The notes under the pieces: generated by a model
Told to the model about the DNA's origin: nothing
Database searches by the model: none
Seen by the model: only the letters and a program-made list of their open reading frames with translations
Origin: Planctomycetota bacterium
GTDB lineage: Bacteria > Planctomycetota > UBA1135 > UBA2386
Direction: 5' to 3'
Length of the DNA: 64,000 nucleotides
NCBI GenBank assembly: GCA_965228735.1
Contig: OZ245838.1
Span: 1,344,001 to 1,408,000, forward strand
Translations under genes and position numbers: made by a program
In this document: positions 39,401 to 47,626 of the stretch, piece by piece
How positions within the stretch are numbered: the first letter of the stretch is position 1
Layout of the letters: every line of letters starts with the position of its first letter

Positions 39401-40075
39401 GAGGTCGAGCCCGTGCAGTTCGACACCTACCTCGTCGCGGCTACCACCACGGGCCGCCTCGTCGTGACCGACCTGGAGCAGCAGGAGCAACGCTACATCG
39501 ACCTGCCGGACAGCGATCGCGTTCGCCTGCTGCGCGCCGGTTCTCGACTCGTGGTCGTGACCAGGACGTCGATCTCGGCACACAAGATGCCGAGCCTCAA
39601 GCTGCAGTGGAGTGCGCCGTTCGACAACCTGACCGATCTGCACGTCGCCGCGGCCGACGACGTCATCATCGCGGTCGACAGCGGCGACACGATCCGCGCG
39701 CTCGCGCCGCTGACCGGCGACGAACTCTGGCGCGGCGTGGCCGACTCGCCACCGATCGCGTCGCCGATGATCGCCGGGCGGCGCGCGCTGTTCGTGTCCG
39801 AACGCGAGGTCCTGAGCGTCGCGGCGCTCGACGGCAGCCAACGCCGGGTCATGAAGGCCGAGCACGACGGCTGGAAGGGCATCCCCGGCCTGGCCGGCGA
39901 CCGCCTGCTGCTGCGCACCATCCGGGGCGACATCGAGGCCTACGCCCTCGGCAGCGGCCGCCGGCAGTACGTCCTGGACGGCGACGAGCGCGGCACCTGC
40001 ATCCTGCCGTGGCGGACGGGGATCATCGTCGCGGTCGGCGGCCGTGATCTGCGGTTCTTCCCCAAGCTCCGCTGA
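36446..40075 (+). CDS. DUF4388 + MshEN + TPR + TM + PEGA + PQQ-propeller signalling protein
   Basis: MRGDLDQINLSDIFQTL; RIGQRLV..LITTEQL..AL..Q; FTWNHGAFEF; ESDPVGA.V..NG..IGKTP; W-ending propeller blades. Confidence 0.88.
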   Translation: MSESGNILDNEEVDFLLEGEEQNKHDASPQPSEGTEQAVTMRGDLDQINLSDIFQTLSMTKMEGVLRIHNPLEQRQVYCKDGFLRILTPPRVIQRRIGQRLVAANLITTEQLRSALMRQRKERLPIGQILVADGIITNDQIEDVASVQVAEDLFAIFTWNHGAFEFYRGPVEDPELRENFRDCPEFEISSLLLEVARRSDEWETILESIGNLDELPIATTDEPPRELGELEFVLFRNADGRRRYRHLAEQSTQSLFEAARVARDLVREGLIVNLSDEQMIEAAAAFTDEGTTKQAVIVLQTLRDRDHDLDIEIVRGMAHVLERAGERKLAGLTLLEVAERQTNPEATLEFAREAADFAPHDPATLRFLRQSLLQLEPHDNPEVEEVTGKLIDSMLADDLIDEALAIIEEARFETTPGPALLLREARVQQRLGNAAGAITAFEEVAELFREQGDVPRVREALEQILRLDRRRKDVARQLKRLSRSKTTQAIRIAAITIVLVLAGSMGLVIWQQDRFESAVREAGNEISALIAAGDRNKARERLVHWAHQLGECPEADDLRRQVEFADAAELQRQARAERERTNERLVTAAEMLDKGQLRSALVVYDDLRSKEANQAEIESVVNTRLKALLADIDSAAKIMATRLPEEPNRLMHRRQLVDNLADIKTVCQPALYVLVDDLLNLHDGKELPAYLAPDLRADVDTLIERHRATFERARDLLAAYTRAVEKSDRQREYDPVFKKALDCEEAHDFAGALELFQELQKSEVDDPALRALFRDHVTRNATIVKLMGELGNATGSGNYATALQQLKALKLAFEDVPFEKLVRLPLKIESDPVGAAVHCNGAEIGKTPCIVAFIPAEENRFRIALDGFEARDFELVDHESLAGQLGVQLVFAPAHSMAHGNSVDKPPLTLNDGTLVFTDRGGNAFAMKPGATEPHWTFKSGDLSGLLSRPFGIGGNVVFASLDGKLRCVDGKTGVEIWSLPDLPTEVEPVQFDTYLVAATTTGRLVVTDLEQQEQRYIDLPDSDRVRLLRAGSRLVVVTRTSISAHKMPSLKLQWSAPFDNLTDLHVAAADDVIIAVDSGDTIRALAPLTGDELWRGVADSPPIASPMIAGRRALFVSEREVLSVAALDGSQRRVMKAEHDGWKGIPGLAGDRLLLRTIRGDIEAYALGSGRRQYVLDGDERGTCILPWRTGIIVAVGGRDLRFFPKLR

Positions 40076-40400
40076 GCCACCCGACCGTCGTCGGACCGAC
40101 AGGACGGGTGTCGGATTCACGCCACCCGTCGCCGTGCGATGCCATGCACCGAAACATCGCCATGGCAGCGGCGTAACGCGCGACGAGCGCGCCGATGGCA
40201 CCGCCGCGTCGCCGACGAACCGTCGGATCCGACGCACCGCGGGCTCCTTGCAGGCCGGGCGCAGACCGCCGTTCCGGGCCGGTCTCATTCCGGGACCGCA
40301 GCGTCGCCCAACGCCGTGTCGGCGATGCCAACGCCCGATCGAGGACACCGCGCGCACTCGGATCCGAATCGCAGAGTTTCGCGATTTCCCCTGCAACAAA

Positions 40401-40416
40401 CGGCATGCGCCTTGCT
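40401..40416 (+). promoter_or_regulatory. sigma54 -24/-12 promoter of the PEP-CTERM gene
   Basis: CGGCAT-GCGCC-TTGCT (GG-N10-GC), 41 bp before the ATG. Confidence 0.65.
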
Positions 40417-40456
40417 TGTAGAGTTTCGTGGCTCGCCTGAGCCCGACTTCGTGACC

Positions 40457-40876
40457 ATGCACAAGAAACTATTGCTACCCCTGTTGTTGATCCTGCCGAT
40501 CGCGGCCTGCGCGAAGAGCAACGGCACCCTCGCCGCTGTCGACGATGGCCCTGCGGCACCGATCAATGATCCGGATACGCGCGTGATCGAGCCGTCCGGC
40601 GGCAACCCGATCGAGCCGGGTTCGAACGAGACCCCGGGCGGCGTTCCGGGTTCGAACAACGGCAGCACTGGCGGCGCGTCGACGAGCACGAGCTCCCCGG
40701 GCGGACCGGGCAGCCCCGGCGGCAACGGTTCGCAACCCGGCAACAACGACCCGGGCGGCAACAGCGGCTCGAACGCCGGCTCGCCGGTGCCCGAACCCGG
40801 CACTCTGATCCTGTTCGGCAGCGGCATCGCCGGCCTCGCCGGCTTCTCGATGCGCCGCCGTCGCCGCGAAGACTGA
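40457..40876 (+). CDS. PEP-CTERM protein with an N-terminal lipoprotein signal
   Basis: MHKKLLLPLLLILPIAA-C lipobox; G/S/P/N-rich body; VPEPGTLILFGSGIAGLAGFSMRRRRRED. Confidence 0.9.
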   Translation: MHKKLLLPLLLILPIAACAKSNGTLAAVDDGPAAPINDPDTRVIEPSGGNPIEPGSNETPGGVPGSNNGSTGGASTSTSSPGGPGSPGGNGSQPGNNDPGGNSGSNAGSPVPEPGTLILFGSGIAGLAGFSMRRRRRED

Positions 40877-41014
40877 AACCGCGGCGGCCGGTCCGCCGCC
40901 CCCGGTCCAACGCGACCGACACCGCCGGCCGCGCCATGGGCGGCTGCTCCATCAGGGCGCGACTCTCCCCCGCTCCGACTGGTGGCGACGTCGATTTCCG
41001 GGTTTGATCGCGCC

Positions 41015-42007
41015 ATGCGGTCCCCCGGTCGAGCCGACGTGCCTGACGAGCCGAACGTGCTCGAGCTGCGCTCGCGCGTCCCCGGCAAGTCCGCGGGCCA
41101 GCCGCTCGGCGACTACCTCGCGGGCCGGTTCCGATACCACGACCGCGACGCGTGGGCCGCGCACGTCACCGCCGGCCGCGTGCTCGTCGACGGCAGATCG
41201 GCGCACGCGGACGACCCCGTGCGGGCCGGTGCCGAGGTGCTCTACCGCAAGGTGCATCGTGAGCCCTGGGTGGACGACCGCATCCGAGTGCTGCACACCG
41301 ACCCCGATCTCGTCGTGGTCGACAAGCCGGCCCACCTGCCGATGCACGCGGACGGCCCGTTCGTGCGCCACACGCTGATCCACCTGCTGCGCACGGCACA
41401 CGACTTCCCCGACGCCCGCGTCGTCCACCGGCTCGACCGCGAGACCAGCGGCGTCGTCGTGCTGCCGCGCACGCGACGCGCCAGTCGCGCGGTGCAGGAG
41501 CAGTTCCGCGCCGGAACGGTCGAGAAGCTCTACCTCACCGTCGTCGCCGGCCGCGTCGAGGAGCACTTCCACTGCGATCGCCCGATCGGGCACTCGGCGA
41601 CGAGCCGGATCGCGCTGCGCCGGTCCGCGGCGCCGGATGCCGTCGAGCCCCGGCCGGCGTTCACGCGTTTCGCCGTCGTCGAGCACGGCCCGGCCGCGAC
41701 GCTGCTGCGGTGCCAGCCGACCACGGGGCGAACCCACCAGATCCGCGTCCACCTCGAGAACTGCGGCCACCCCGTGCTCGGCGACAAGCTCTACGGGCGT
41801 CCCGACGACGACTACCTCGCGTTCGTGCATCGGATGAAGGCCGGCGGCGATCCGCGCGCGGGTCCGGACGACGCACCCGACCGCCAGCTGCTGCACGCAT
41901 GCAGCCTCGAGTTCGACCATCCGGCGACCGGCGAGCGGGTGCGCTACGAGGCCGGCGCGCCGCCATCGTTCCGCGACTGGCTGCGACGCGCGGACCGGCC
42001 GTCGTGA
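41015..42007 (+). CDS. RluA-family pseudouridine synthase
   Basis: VDKPAHLPMH, VHRLDRETSG, TGRTHQIRVH, GDKLYG, LLHA. Confidence 0.95.
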   Translation: MRSPGRADVPDEPNVLELRSRVPGKSAGQPLGDYLAGRFRYHDRDAWAAHVTAGRVLVDGRSAHADDPVRAGAEVLYRKVHREPWVDDRIRVLHTDPDLVVVDKPAHLPMHADGPFVRHTLIHLLRTAHDFPDARVVHRLDRETSGVVVLPRTRRASRAVQEQFRAGTVEKLYLTVVAGRVEEHFHCDRPIGHSATSRIALRRSAAPDAVEPRPAFTRFAVVEHGPAATLLRCQPTTGRTHQIRVHLENCGHPVLGDKLYGRPDDDYLAFVHRMKAGGDPRAGPDDAPDRQLLHACSLEFDHPATGERVRYEAGAPPSFRDWLRRADRPS

Positions 42008-42050
42008 TGCCGCGACTCCCCACTCGCGTCGGGCGCCGGAACCCGCGACG

Positions 42051-42824
42051 ATGACGCCAATGAAGCACGCGCTGCTTTTCGCCCGCCGCACGCGGCGGCT
42101 CGGGGTCCTGCTCGCTCTCGCCGGCGCGGCGTGCAACTCGTCCCCGCCCGTCGACCCCGGGAACGGCGGGGCTGCGGCGAACGGCGGCGAGCCCGCCGCG
42201 GCCGACCTCGACACCGCTGCCCGGGACCTCGTCGCGGCCGCCCCGGCCAACTGGTCCGCGCAACTCGTCGAGGTCGCCGCCCATGGTGCGGCCGCTGGCC
42301 CCGCGCTCGTCGCCGCGATCGATCGCAACCGCGCCGGCCCCGGCGCGCCGCCCGCGGTCGCGCTGCTGGGCCGCATCGGTGACGACGAGGCCGGCGCGTT
42401 CCTCCTGGGGCTCGTCGCGGACCGCGGGGCGCTCGCGCTCGAGGCGGCGCTGGCGCTCGGCCACCTCACGGCGACCGCAGACCTCACGGCGACGAGGCAG
42501 AAGGCGCTCGTCACGGTCGCGAACGACCGCTTCGCCGACCCTGGCCTGCGCACCGCCGCGGCGTGTTCGGCGATCCGGCTCGGCGCGCGCGCCGAGGTCG
42601 CGGCGCTCGTCCGCGGCGTTCTGCTCGCCGGCACGCCGACCGGCCGCGAACTGCAGCAGGTGCTCGGCCTGCCGTTGCGGCCGCGCTGGGCCTACGAGCG
42701 GTACCTGATCCAGCGCATGCTGCGAGACGTGAACCCCGAGCTGCCGGGCTTCGACACCGACGCGCCGTGGGCCGACCTGCAGGCCGCCGCCGACCGCGCC
42801 ACGGCGTGGCTGCGCGGCTCCTGA
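42051..42824 (+). CDS. Lipoprotein with HEAT-like repeats
   Basis: LAGAA-C lipobox; Ala/Leu-rich helical repeats. Confidence 0.7.
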   Translation: MTPMKHALLFARRTRRLGVLLALAGAACNSSPPVDPGNGGAAANGGEPAAADLDTAARDLVAAAPANWSAQLVEVAAHGAAAGPALVAAIDRNRAGPGAPPAVALLGRIGDDEAGAFLLGLVADRGALALEAALALGHLTATADLTATRQKALVTVANDRFADPGLRTAAACSAIRLGARAEVAALVRGVLLAGTPTGRELQQVLGLPLRPRWAYERYLIQRMLRDVNPELPGFDTDAPWADLQAAADRATAWLRGS

Positions 42825-42830
42825 CGCTCG

Positions 42831-43385
42831 CTAGGGAAACATCGGCGCGACGCTCTGCACGGCGACGTCGCGGATCCCGAAGTTGCGGACCTGCACGCGG
42901 CCCTTCATCGCCATGCCGCCGTCCTCGCACTCGACCAGCACGTCGGCGTCCCCGTTCTCCGTCGCGTTGGCGAGGTCGCTCAACACCTCGATGTTGCGGT
43001 AGCCGAGCTGCAGCAGCCGGGTCTCGACGAGGGCGAGCACGCGCGCGGCGGTCGATTGTGGGGAGCTCTGGAGCGCGGGCTCGACGTCTTCGACGGGCGC
43101 GACCACGCGCGGCTCGGGCGTGGGAATCTGCACGATCGCCTCACGCACGGTGCCCGTCGCCTCCCGCAGGTCCTCGAGGTCCTCGTGCAGCCGATCCAGC
43201 TGCTGCTCGACGCGCTCGAACTTGAGCTTGGAGAGCGCCTCCGCCAGCGCCTCGAGCCGGTTGTCGAGGGACTCGATCCCGCGCAGTCGCTGCAGGTGCT
43301 CCTCGAACTTCATGAGCCGCAGATGCACGAGGACGTAGCCCACGAGCAACGCGATGAAGAACAGGCTGAACTGCAAAACGCTCAT
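42831..43385 (-). CDS. Membrane-anchored coiled-coil hypothetical protein
   Basis: N-terminal TM, heptad region, small alpha/beta C-domain. Confidence 0.75.
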   Translation of the reverse strand: MSVLQFSLFFIALLVGYVLVHLRLMKFEEHLQRLRGIESLDNRLEALAEALSKLKFERVEQQLDRLHEDLEDLREATGTVREAIVQIPTPEPRVVAPVEDVEPALQSSPQSTAARVLALVETRLLQLGYRNIEVLSDLANATENGDADVLVECEDGGMAMKGRVQVRNFGIRDVAVQSVAPMFP

Positions 43386-43478
43386 GCAGGCCGAACTCTA
43401 CGGCCGCACCGCCGAACTTCCTACTCCCTGAGCTTCGCCCAGGGTGACGGAACGGGCGCACCGGCACCCGCCGGGCGG

Positions 43479-45008
43479 CTACCGCTCGGCACCGTCATCG
43501 GTCGTCGGCGGGTCGATGAGGGCATCCGCCTCGTCGCCACCGACTCCCGTCTCCGCGCTCGCATCGGCAGTTGCGCCGTCCTCGGCGGGGTCCGCCGTCG
43601 CCACCGCGCCCGCCGTCGCTGCGGACCCGGCCCCTCGACCGACCGCCCAGCCGAAGTAGTAGAGGACGCCCGTCCCGAGGATGCCGAGGCCGTAGAGCGC
43701 GTTTCGCTGCTCCGCCGGATCGAGCAACAGCGCCACGACGAACGCGACCGACACGAGCACGAAGAGCGCCGGCGTGATCGGGTAGCCAGTGCAGCGGTAT
43801 GGCCGCACGATGTCGGGCTGGCGCGCCCGCAGCACGTAGATCCCGGCCACGGTCATCGCGTAGAAGAGGAACCCCGCGAACACGACGAACGCGGTGATGT
43901 CGTCGAACTTCTGCAGGTAGATGACGACGAGGATCGCCCAGACCGCCTGCACCCAGATCGACACGACCGGCGTCTTCCATCGCGGACTGACCTGGCTCAG
44001 GACCTTCGGCACCATGCCGTCCTGCGCCATCGCATAGAACGCCCGCGGCGAGGACAGGAAGTTCGGGTTCGCCGCGCCCATGACCGAGATCGCGATCGCG
44101 ACGGTCAGATACCCCGCCACCTCCGGGCTGAAGATGCGCGCGACGGTGCGGTAGGCGACCTGCTGCTTGTCACTGTCCGGCAGCGACCGCATCTCCTCGA
44201 ACGGCACCATCTCGAGGTAGATCCAGTTCATCGCGGCGTACACCACGATGAGGATGAACATGCCGAGGATGAGGCCGGCCGGGACGTTGCGGCCCGGGCG
44301 TTTGATCTCGGCCGCGTTGAACGGCATCTGGTACCAACCCTCGTAGGCCCAGAAGATGCCGATGAACGCCGCGACGAGGCCGGCCATCGTCAGACTGGTC
44401 TGGGCGCCCTCGACCGGCGTGAACGTGCTCGGATCCGGCACGACCTCGGCGGCAGCCGCGCCGCCGTCTCCGAGTACGAGCATGCCGCCGCCGACGACGA
44501 CCGTGCCGAGCGCGCCGACCTTCGCCAGCGTCGACACGTTCTGCAGCAGCGCGCCGAGCACGACCCCGAAGTGGTTGACGAGCGCGAGGAACACGATCAT
44601 TACCGCTGCGAGCGCGGTCTTGGTGACCGGGTTCGTCGTGTCGAGCCCGAATGCCGGCAACAAGAACTCGGCGAACGCGACGGCCAACGCGGCGACCGTG
44701 CCGCTGTTGATGACCCAGAAGAACACCCAGCCATAGGTGAACGCGACGCCGCGCCCCCAGGCCTCGCGGAGGAATGCGTACTGCCCGCCGGCCTCGGGAT
44801 ACATCGCCCCGAGCTCGCCGTAGGCAAACGCGCCGAACAGACAGATCACGCCGAGCCCGAGCCACAGCGCGAAGATCCACGTCACGCTCGGCAGGCTCTG
44901 CGATACGGCCAGTGGCTTGAGGAAGATGCCGGAGCCGATCACGGCCCCGACGGTGATCGACGTCGCGCTGATCAGCCCGAGACGTCGTTGCAGCTGGCCG
45001 GACTCCAT
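43479..45008 (-). CDS. APC-family amino acid permease
   Basis: GAVIGSGIF, YGELGAMYPEAGGQY, FWAYEGW, EIKRPGRNVP, PRAFYAMA. Confidence 0.95.
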   Translation of the reverse strand: MESGQLQRRLGLISATSITVGAVIGSGIFLKPLAVSQSLPSVTWIFALWLGLGVICLFGAFAYGELGAMYPEAGGQYAFLREAWGRGVAFTYGWVFFWVINSGTVAALAVAFAEFLLPAFGLDTTNPVTKTALAAVMIVFLALVNHFGVVLGALLQNVSTLAKVGALGTVVVGGGMLVLGDGGAAAAEVVPDPSTFTPVEGAQTSLTMAGLVAAFIGIFWAYEGWYQMPFNAAEIKRPGRNVPAGLILGMFILIVVYAAMNWIYLEMVPFEEMRSLPDSDKQQVAYRTVARIFSPEVAGYLTVAIAISVMGAANPNFLSSPRAFYAMAQDGMVPKVLSQVSPRWKTPVVSIWVQAVWAILVVIYLQKFDDITAFVVFAGFLFYAMTVAGIYVLRARQPDIVRPYRCTGYPITPALFVLVSVAFVVALLLDPAEQRNALYGLGILGTGVLYYFGWAVGRGAGSAATAGAVATADPAEDGATADASAETGVGGDEADALIDPPTTDDGAER

Positions 45009-45070
45009 TGCACGAAAGGGTACGCCGACGGCAAACCCCGCGCTACAACCTCACGAACTCACGCTCTGCG

Positions 45071-47056
45071 ATGCGCGGCCGCTTCCGATACCTCCTGGCG
45101 CTCTCCTTCCTCCTGCTCTTCGCGCTGCTGCCAGCACCCGACGCGGAGAACGGCCGGCCGTACCTCGGGTATCTGCAGGTGCGCGCGTGGTTGCTCGACG
45201 AAGGTGACTCACCGCTGAACGCCTGGCTCCAGGCCGGTGAATTGCCCGACCTCGCGGTCGACCTGCGCACGAGTCCGCCGATCGTCGACGCCGAAGAACG
45301 CGCAGCTGCCGCGAACGAGTATCGCCGGCTCGTGCAGGAGTTCGCGGTCATCAAGTCGGCGACGGTCGCCGCCCGGACGCGCGGCGCGCTGCCCTTGCTC
45401 GTGCGGGTCGGTGAGTACGGCGTCCACGCCACGATGCCGGGCACCGATGGGCGGGAGATCGTGCACGGCGCGATGTTCCCGAACCGCCTGAGCCTCGTGC
45501 CCGCGGCGCTCACGATCACGATCGCGCTGCTGCTGCGGCGCGTCATCCTCGCGCTGCTGCTCGGCGGCCTCGCGGGTGCGATCGTCCACTGCGACTGGAA
45601 CGTGTTCGACGGCGCGTGGCACTTCGCCTGGGACGCGCTGATCCGCCGGTCACTGCTCGACGACTTCTACCTGCGCATCACGCTGTTCGTCGTCTTCCTG
45701 TTCATGACGGTCGGCATCGTCACCAAGAACGGCGGCATCCACGGCCTCGTGGACTGGCTGCAACGTCGCGTGCGCGGCCCTGTCGGCGCGCAGATGGCCG
45801 CGTGGCTCACGGGCCTGTCGATCTTCTTCGACGACTACACCAACTGCATGGTGACGGGCACGGCGATGCGGCCGCTCTGTGATGCCGAGGGGGTCTCGCG
45901 CGAGAAGCTCGCCTACGTGGTCGACTCCACCGCCGCGCCGGTCGCCGGCGTATCGCTGTTCTCGACCTGGGTGACCTACGAGATCTCGCAGTTCCGCAAC
46001 CCGCTGACGCTCGTCACCGATCGCGAAGGGCAGCCGTTCACGGCCGACGACGCCTACGGCGTGTTCGTCTCGACGATGCCGTTCCGGTTCTACTGCTTCC
46101 TCGCGCTGCTGCTCGTGCCGATCGTGATCCTCACGCGCCGCGACTTCGGGCCGATGCTGACCGCCGAACGCCGGGCCCGCGCCGGCCTGCCGCCCGAGGA
46201 CGCCGACAACCCGGGGCTCATGCGCGACGCGAGCGCCGAGCAGCCGGATCCCGGCACGCCGCGGCGCGCGCGCAACGCGATCCTGCCGATCGCGACCCTC
46301 GTCGTCGGCGCGGCGACCGCGATGCTCGGGTTCGGCATCCTGAGCGACGTCGCCTTGTTCGGCGCCTCGGCCGCCGCCTGGGTGCTCGCCGTCCTCCTGA
46401 CGCGCGTCCAGGGCCTGCTCGACTGGCGCCAGATCCTGCGCACGTCGATCGGTGCCACGCGCGCGCTCACGACCGCGTTCGGCATCCTCTTTCTCGCGTG
46501 GACGCTCGGTCACATCAGCGGCGACCTCGGAACCCGCGACTTCCTCGCCGCGGGCGCCCGCGAGGCGATGGCGCCCTGGCTGCTGCCCATCGCGCTGTTC
46601 CTGCTCTCCGCGGTGATCGCGTTCGCGACCGGCACGAGCTTCGGCACGATGGCGATCCTGCTGCCGAACGTCGTGCTGCTGAGTCACCAGCTCGGCACCG
46701 ACGCCGCGTTCCTCGGCGATCCGACGACCGGCGGGCCGCTGCTGATGATGCTCAGCATCGGCGCCGTTCTCGAAGGCGCGATCTTCGGCGATCACTGTTC
46801 CCCGATCAGCGACACGACCGTGCTCAGTTCGCTCGGCACCCGCTGCGATCACCTTGCCCACGTCGGCACCCAGCTCCCCTACGCGCTGCTGACCGCGGGC
46901 ACCGCGCTGCTTTGCGGCTACCTGCCGATGGTGACCCTCGGGCCCGATTGGTGGCCGCTGTCGTACGTGCTCGCGGTGGTCGTCTTCGTCGCGTTCCTGC
47001 GCATCGTCGGGCGCGACGCCGGTCCGCGAGCGGCACCGATTACGTCCACTCCTTGA
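45071..47056 (+). CDS. NhaC-family Na+/H+ antiporter-like transporter
   Basis: FFDDYTN, SREKLAYVVDSTAAP, FATGTSFGT, GAIFGDHCSPISDTT. Confidence 0.95.
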   Translation: MRGRFRYLLALSFLLLFALLPAPDAENGRPYLGYLQVRAWLLDEGDSPLNAWLQAGELPDLAVDLRTSPPIVDAEERAAAANEYRRLVQEFAVIKSATVAARTRGALPLLVRVGEYGVHATMPGTDGREIVHGAMFPNRLSLVPAALTITIALLLRRVILALLLGGLAGAIVHCDWNVFDGAWHFAWDALIRRSLLDDFYLRITLFVVFLFMTVGIVTKNGGIHGLVDWLQRRVRGPVGAQMAAWLTGLSIFFDDYTNCMVTGTAMRPLCDAEGVSREKLAYVVDSTAAPVAGVSLFSTWVTYEISQFRNPLTLVTDREGQPFTADDAYGVFVSTMPFRFYCFLALLLVPIVILTRRDFGPMLTAERRARAGLPPEDADNPGLMRDASAEQPDPGTPRRARNAILPIATLVVGAATAMLGFGILSDVALFGASAAAWVLAVLLTRVQGLLDWRQILRTSIGATRALTTAFGILFLAWTLGHISGDLGTRDFLAAGAREAMAPWLLPIALFLLSAVIAFATGTSFGTMAILLPNVVLLSHQLGTDAAFLGDPTTGGPLLMMLSIGAVLEGAIFGDHCSPISDTTVLSSLGTRCDHLAHVGTQLPYALLTAGTALLCGYLPMVTLGPDWWPLSYVLAVVVFVAFLRIVGRDAGPRAAPITSTP

Positions 47057-47519
47057 TCAGGCGACCATCGCCGTCACGGAACGCGCCGCACGCGATGAGG
47101 ATCCAATCGACCGTCGCCCAGATCCCGGTGACGATCAGGCCGACGACCGTGATCGAGAGCACGAGCATGGCGATGCCCGACCCGGTGCGCCCGGCATAGA
47201 ACCGGTGAATGCCCAACGGCCCGATGAAGAACGCGAGCAGGAACGCCGGCAGCGCAAGTTTGTCCGAAACATCGCCGCCACTCTGCGGGCGCGGACTGCG
47301 GTAGCTGCCGCCCGCATCGTCGTCGAAGTCGGTGTCCAGCACGGCCGGCATCACCCCCGGCACCGTATGCAGGCGCCGCCACTCCGGCTCCCCCTCGACC
47401 CAGGCGTAGGCGTCCGACTGCACGCGGCCCGACTCGAGCATCGCGTTGAGCTCGGAGACCGTGTAGGGACCGTAGTTGTCGTTGCCGTGACGAACGAGGA
47501 CCTTGCGGGCAGTGGACAT
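47040..47519 (-). CDS. GYF_2 (DUF4339) + TM2 domain protein
   Basis: YGPY..ELN..W.EG..EW; LAFFIGPLGIHRFYAG..G. Confidence 0.9.
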   Translation of the reverse strand: MSTARKVLVRHGNDNYGPYTVSELNAMLESGRVQSDAYAWVEGEPEWRRLHTVPGVMPAVLDTDFDDDAGGSYRSPRPQSGGDVSDKLALPAFLLAFFIGPLGIHRFYAGRTGSGIAMLVLSITVVGLIVTGIWATVDWILIACGAFRDGDGRLIKEWT

Positions 47520-47626
47520 GCGGGGATCTTACGGGCGCGGCGCCGAGTACACGGAAATCCTCCTGTCGGCCACCCGGTCGGGCAAAACCACGGTCCAGTT
47601 GCCGACCAACGGGCTCGGGGCGGCCT

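Noticed and set aside
36539..40462. 1307-aa minus-strand ORF, and similar long ORFs at 4810-6891, 9247-12090, 43056-45218 and 58848-62087
   Set aside because: Antisense shadows of real genes, expected with high GC3; no recognisable motifs
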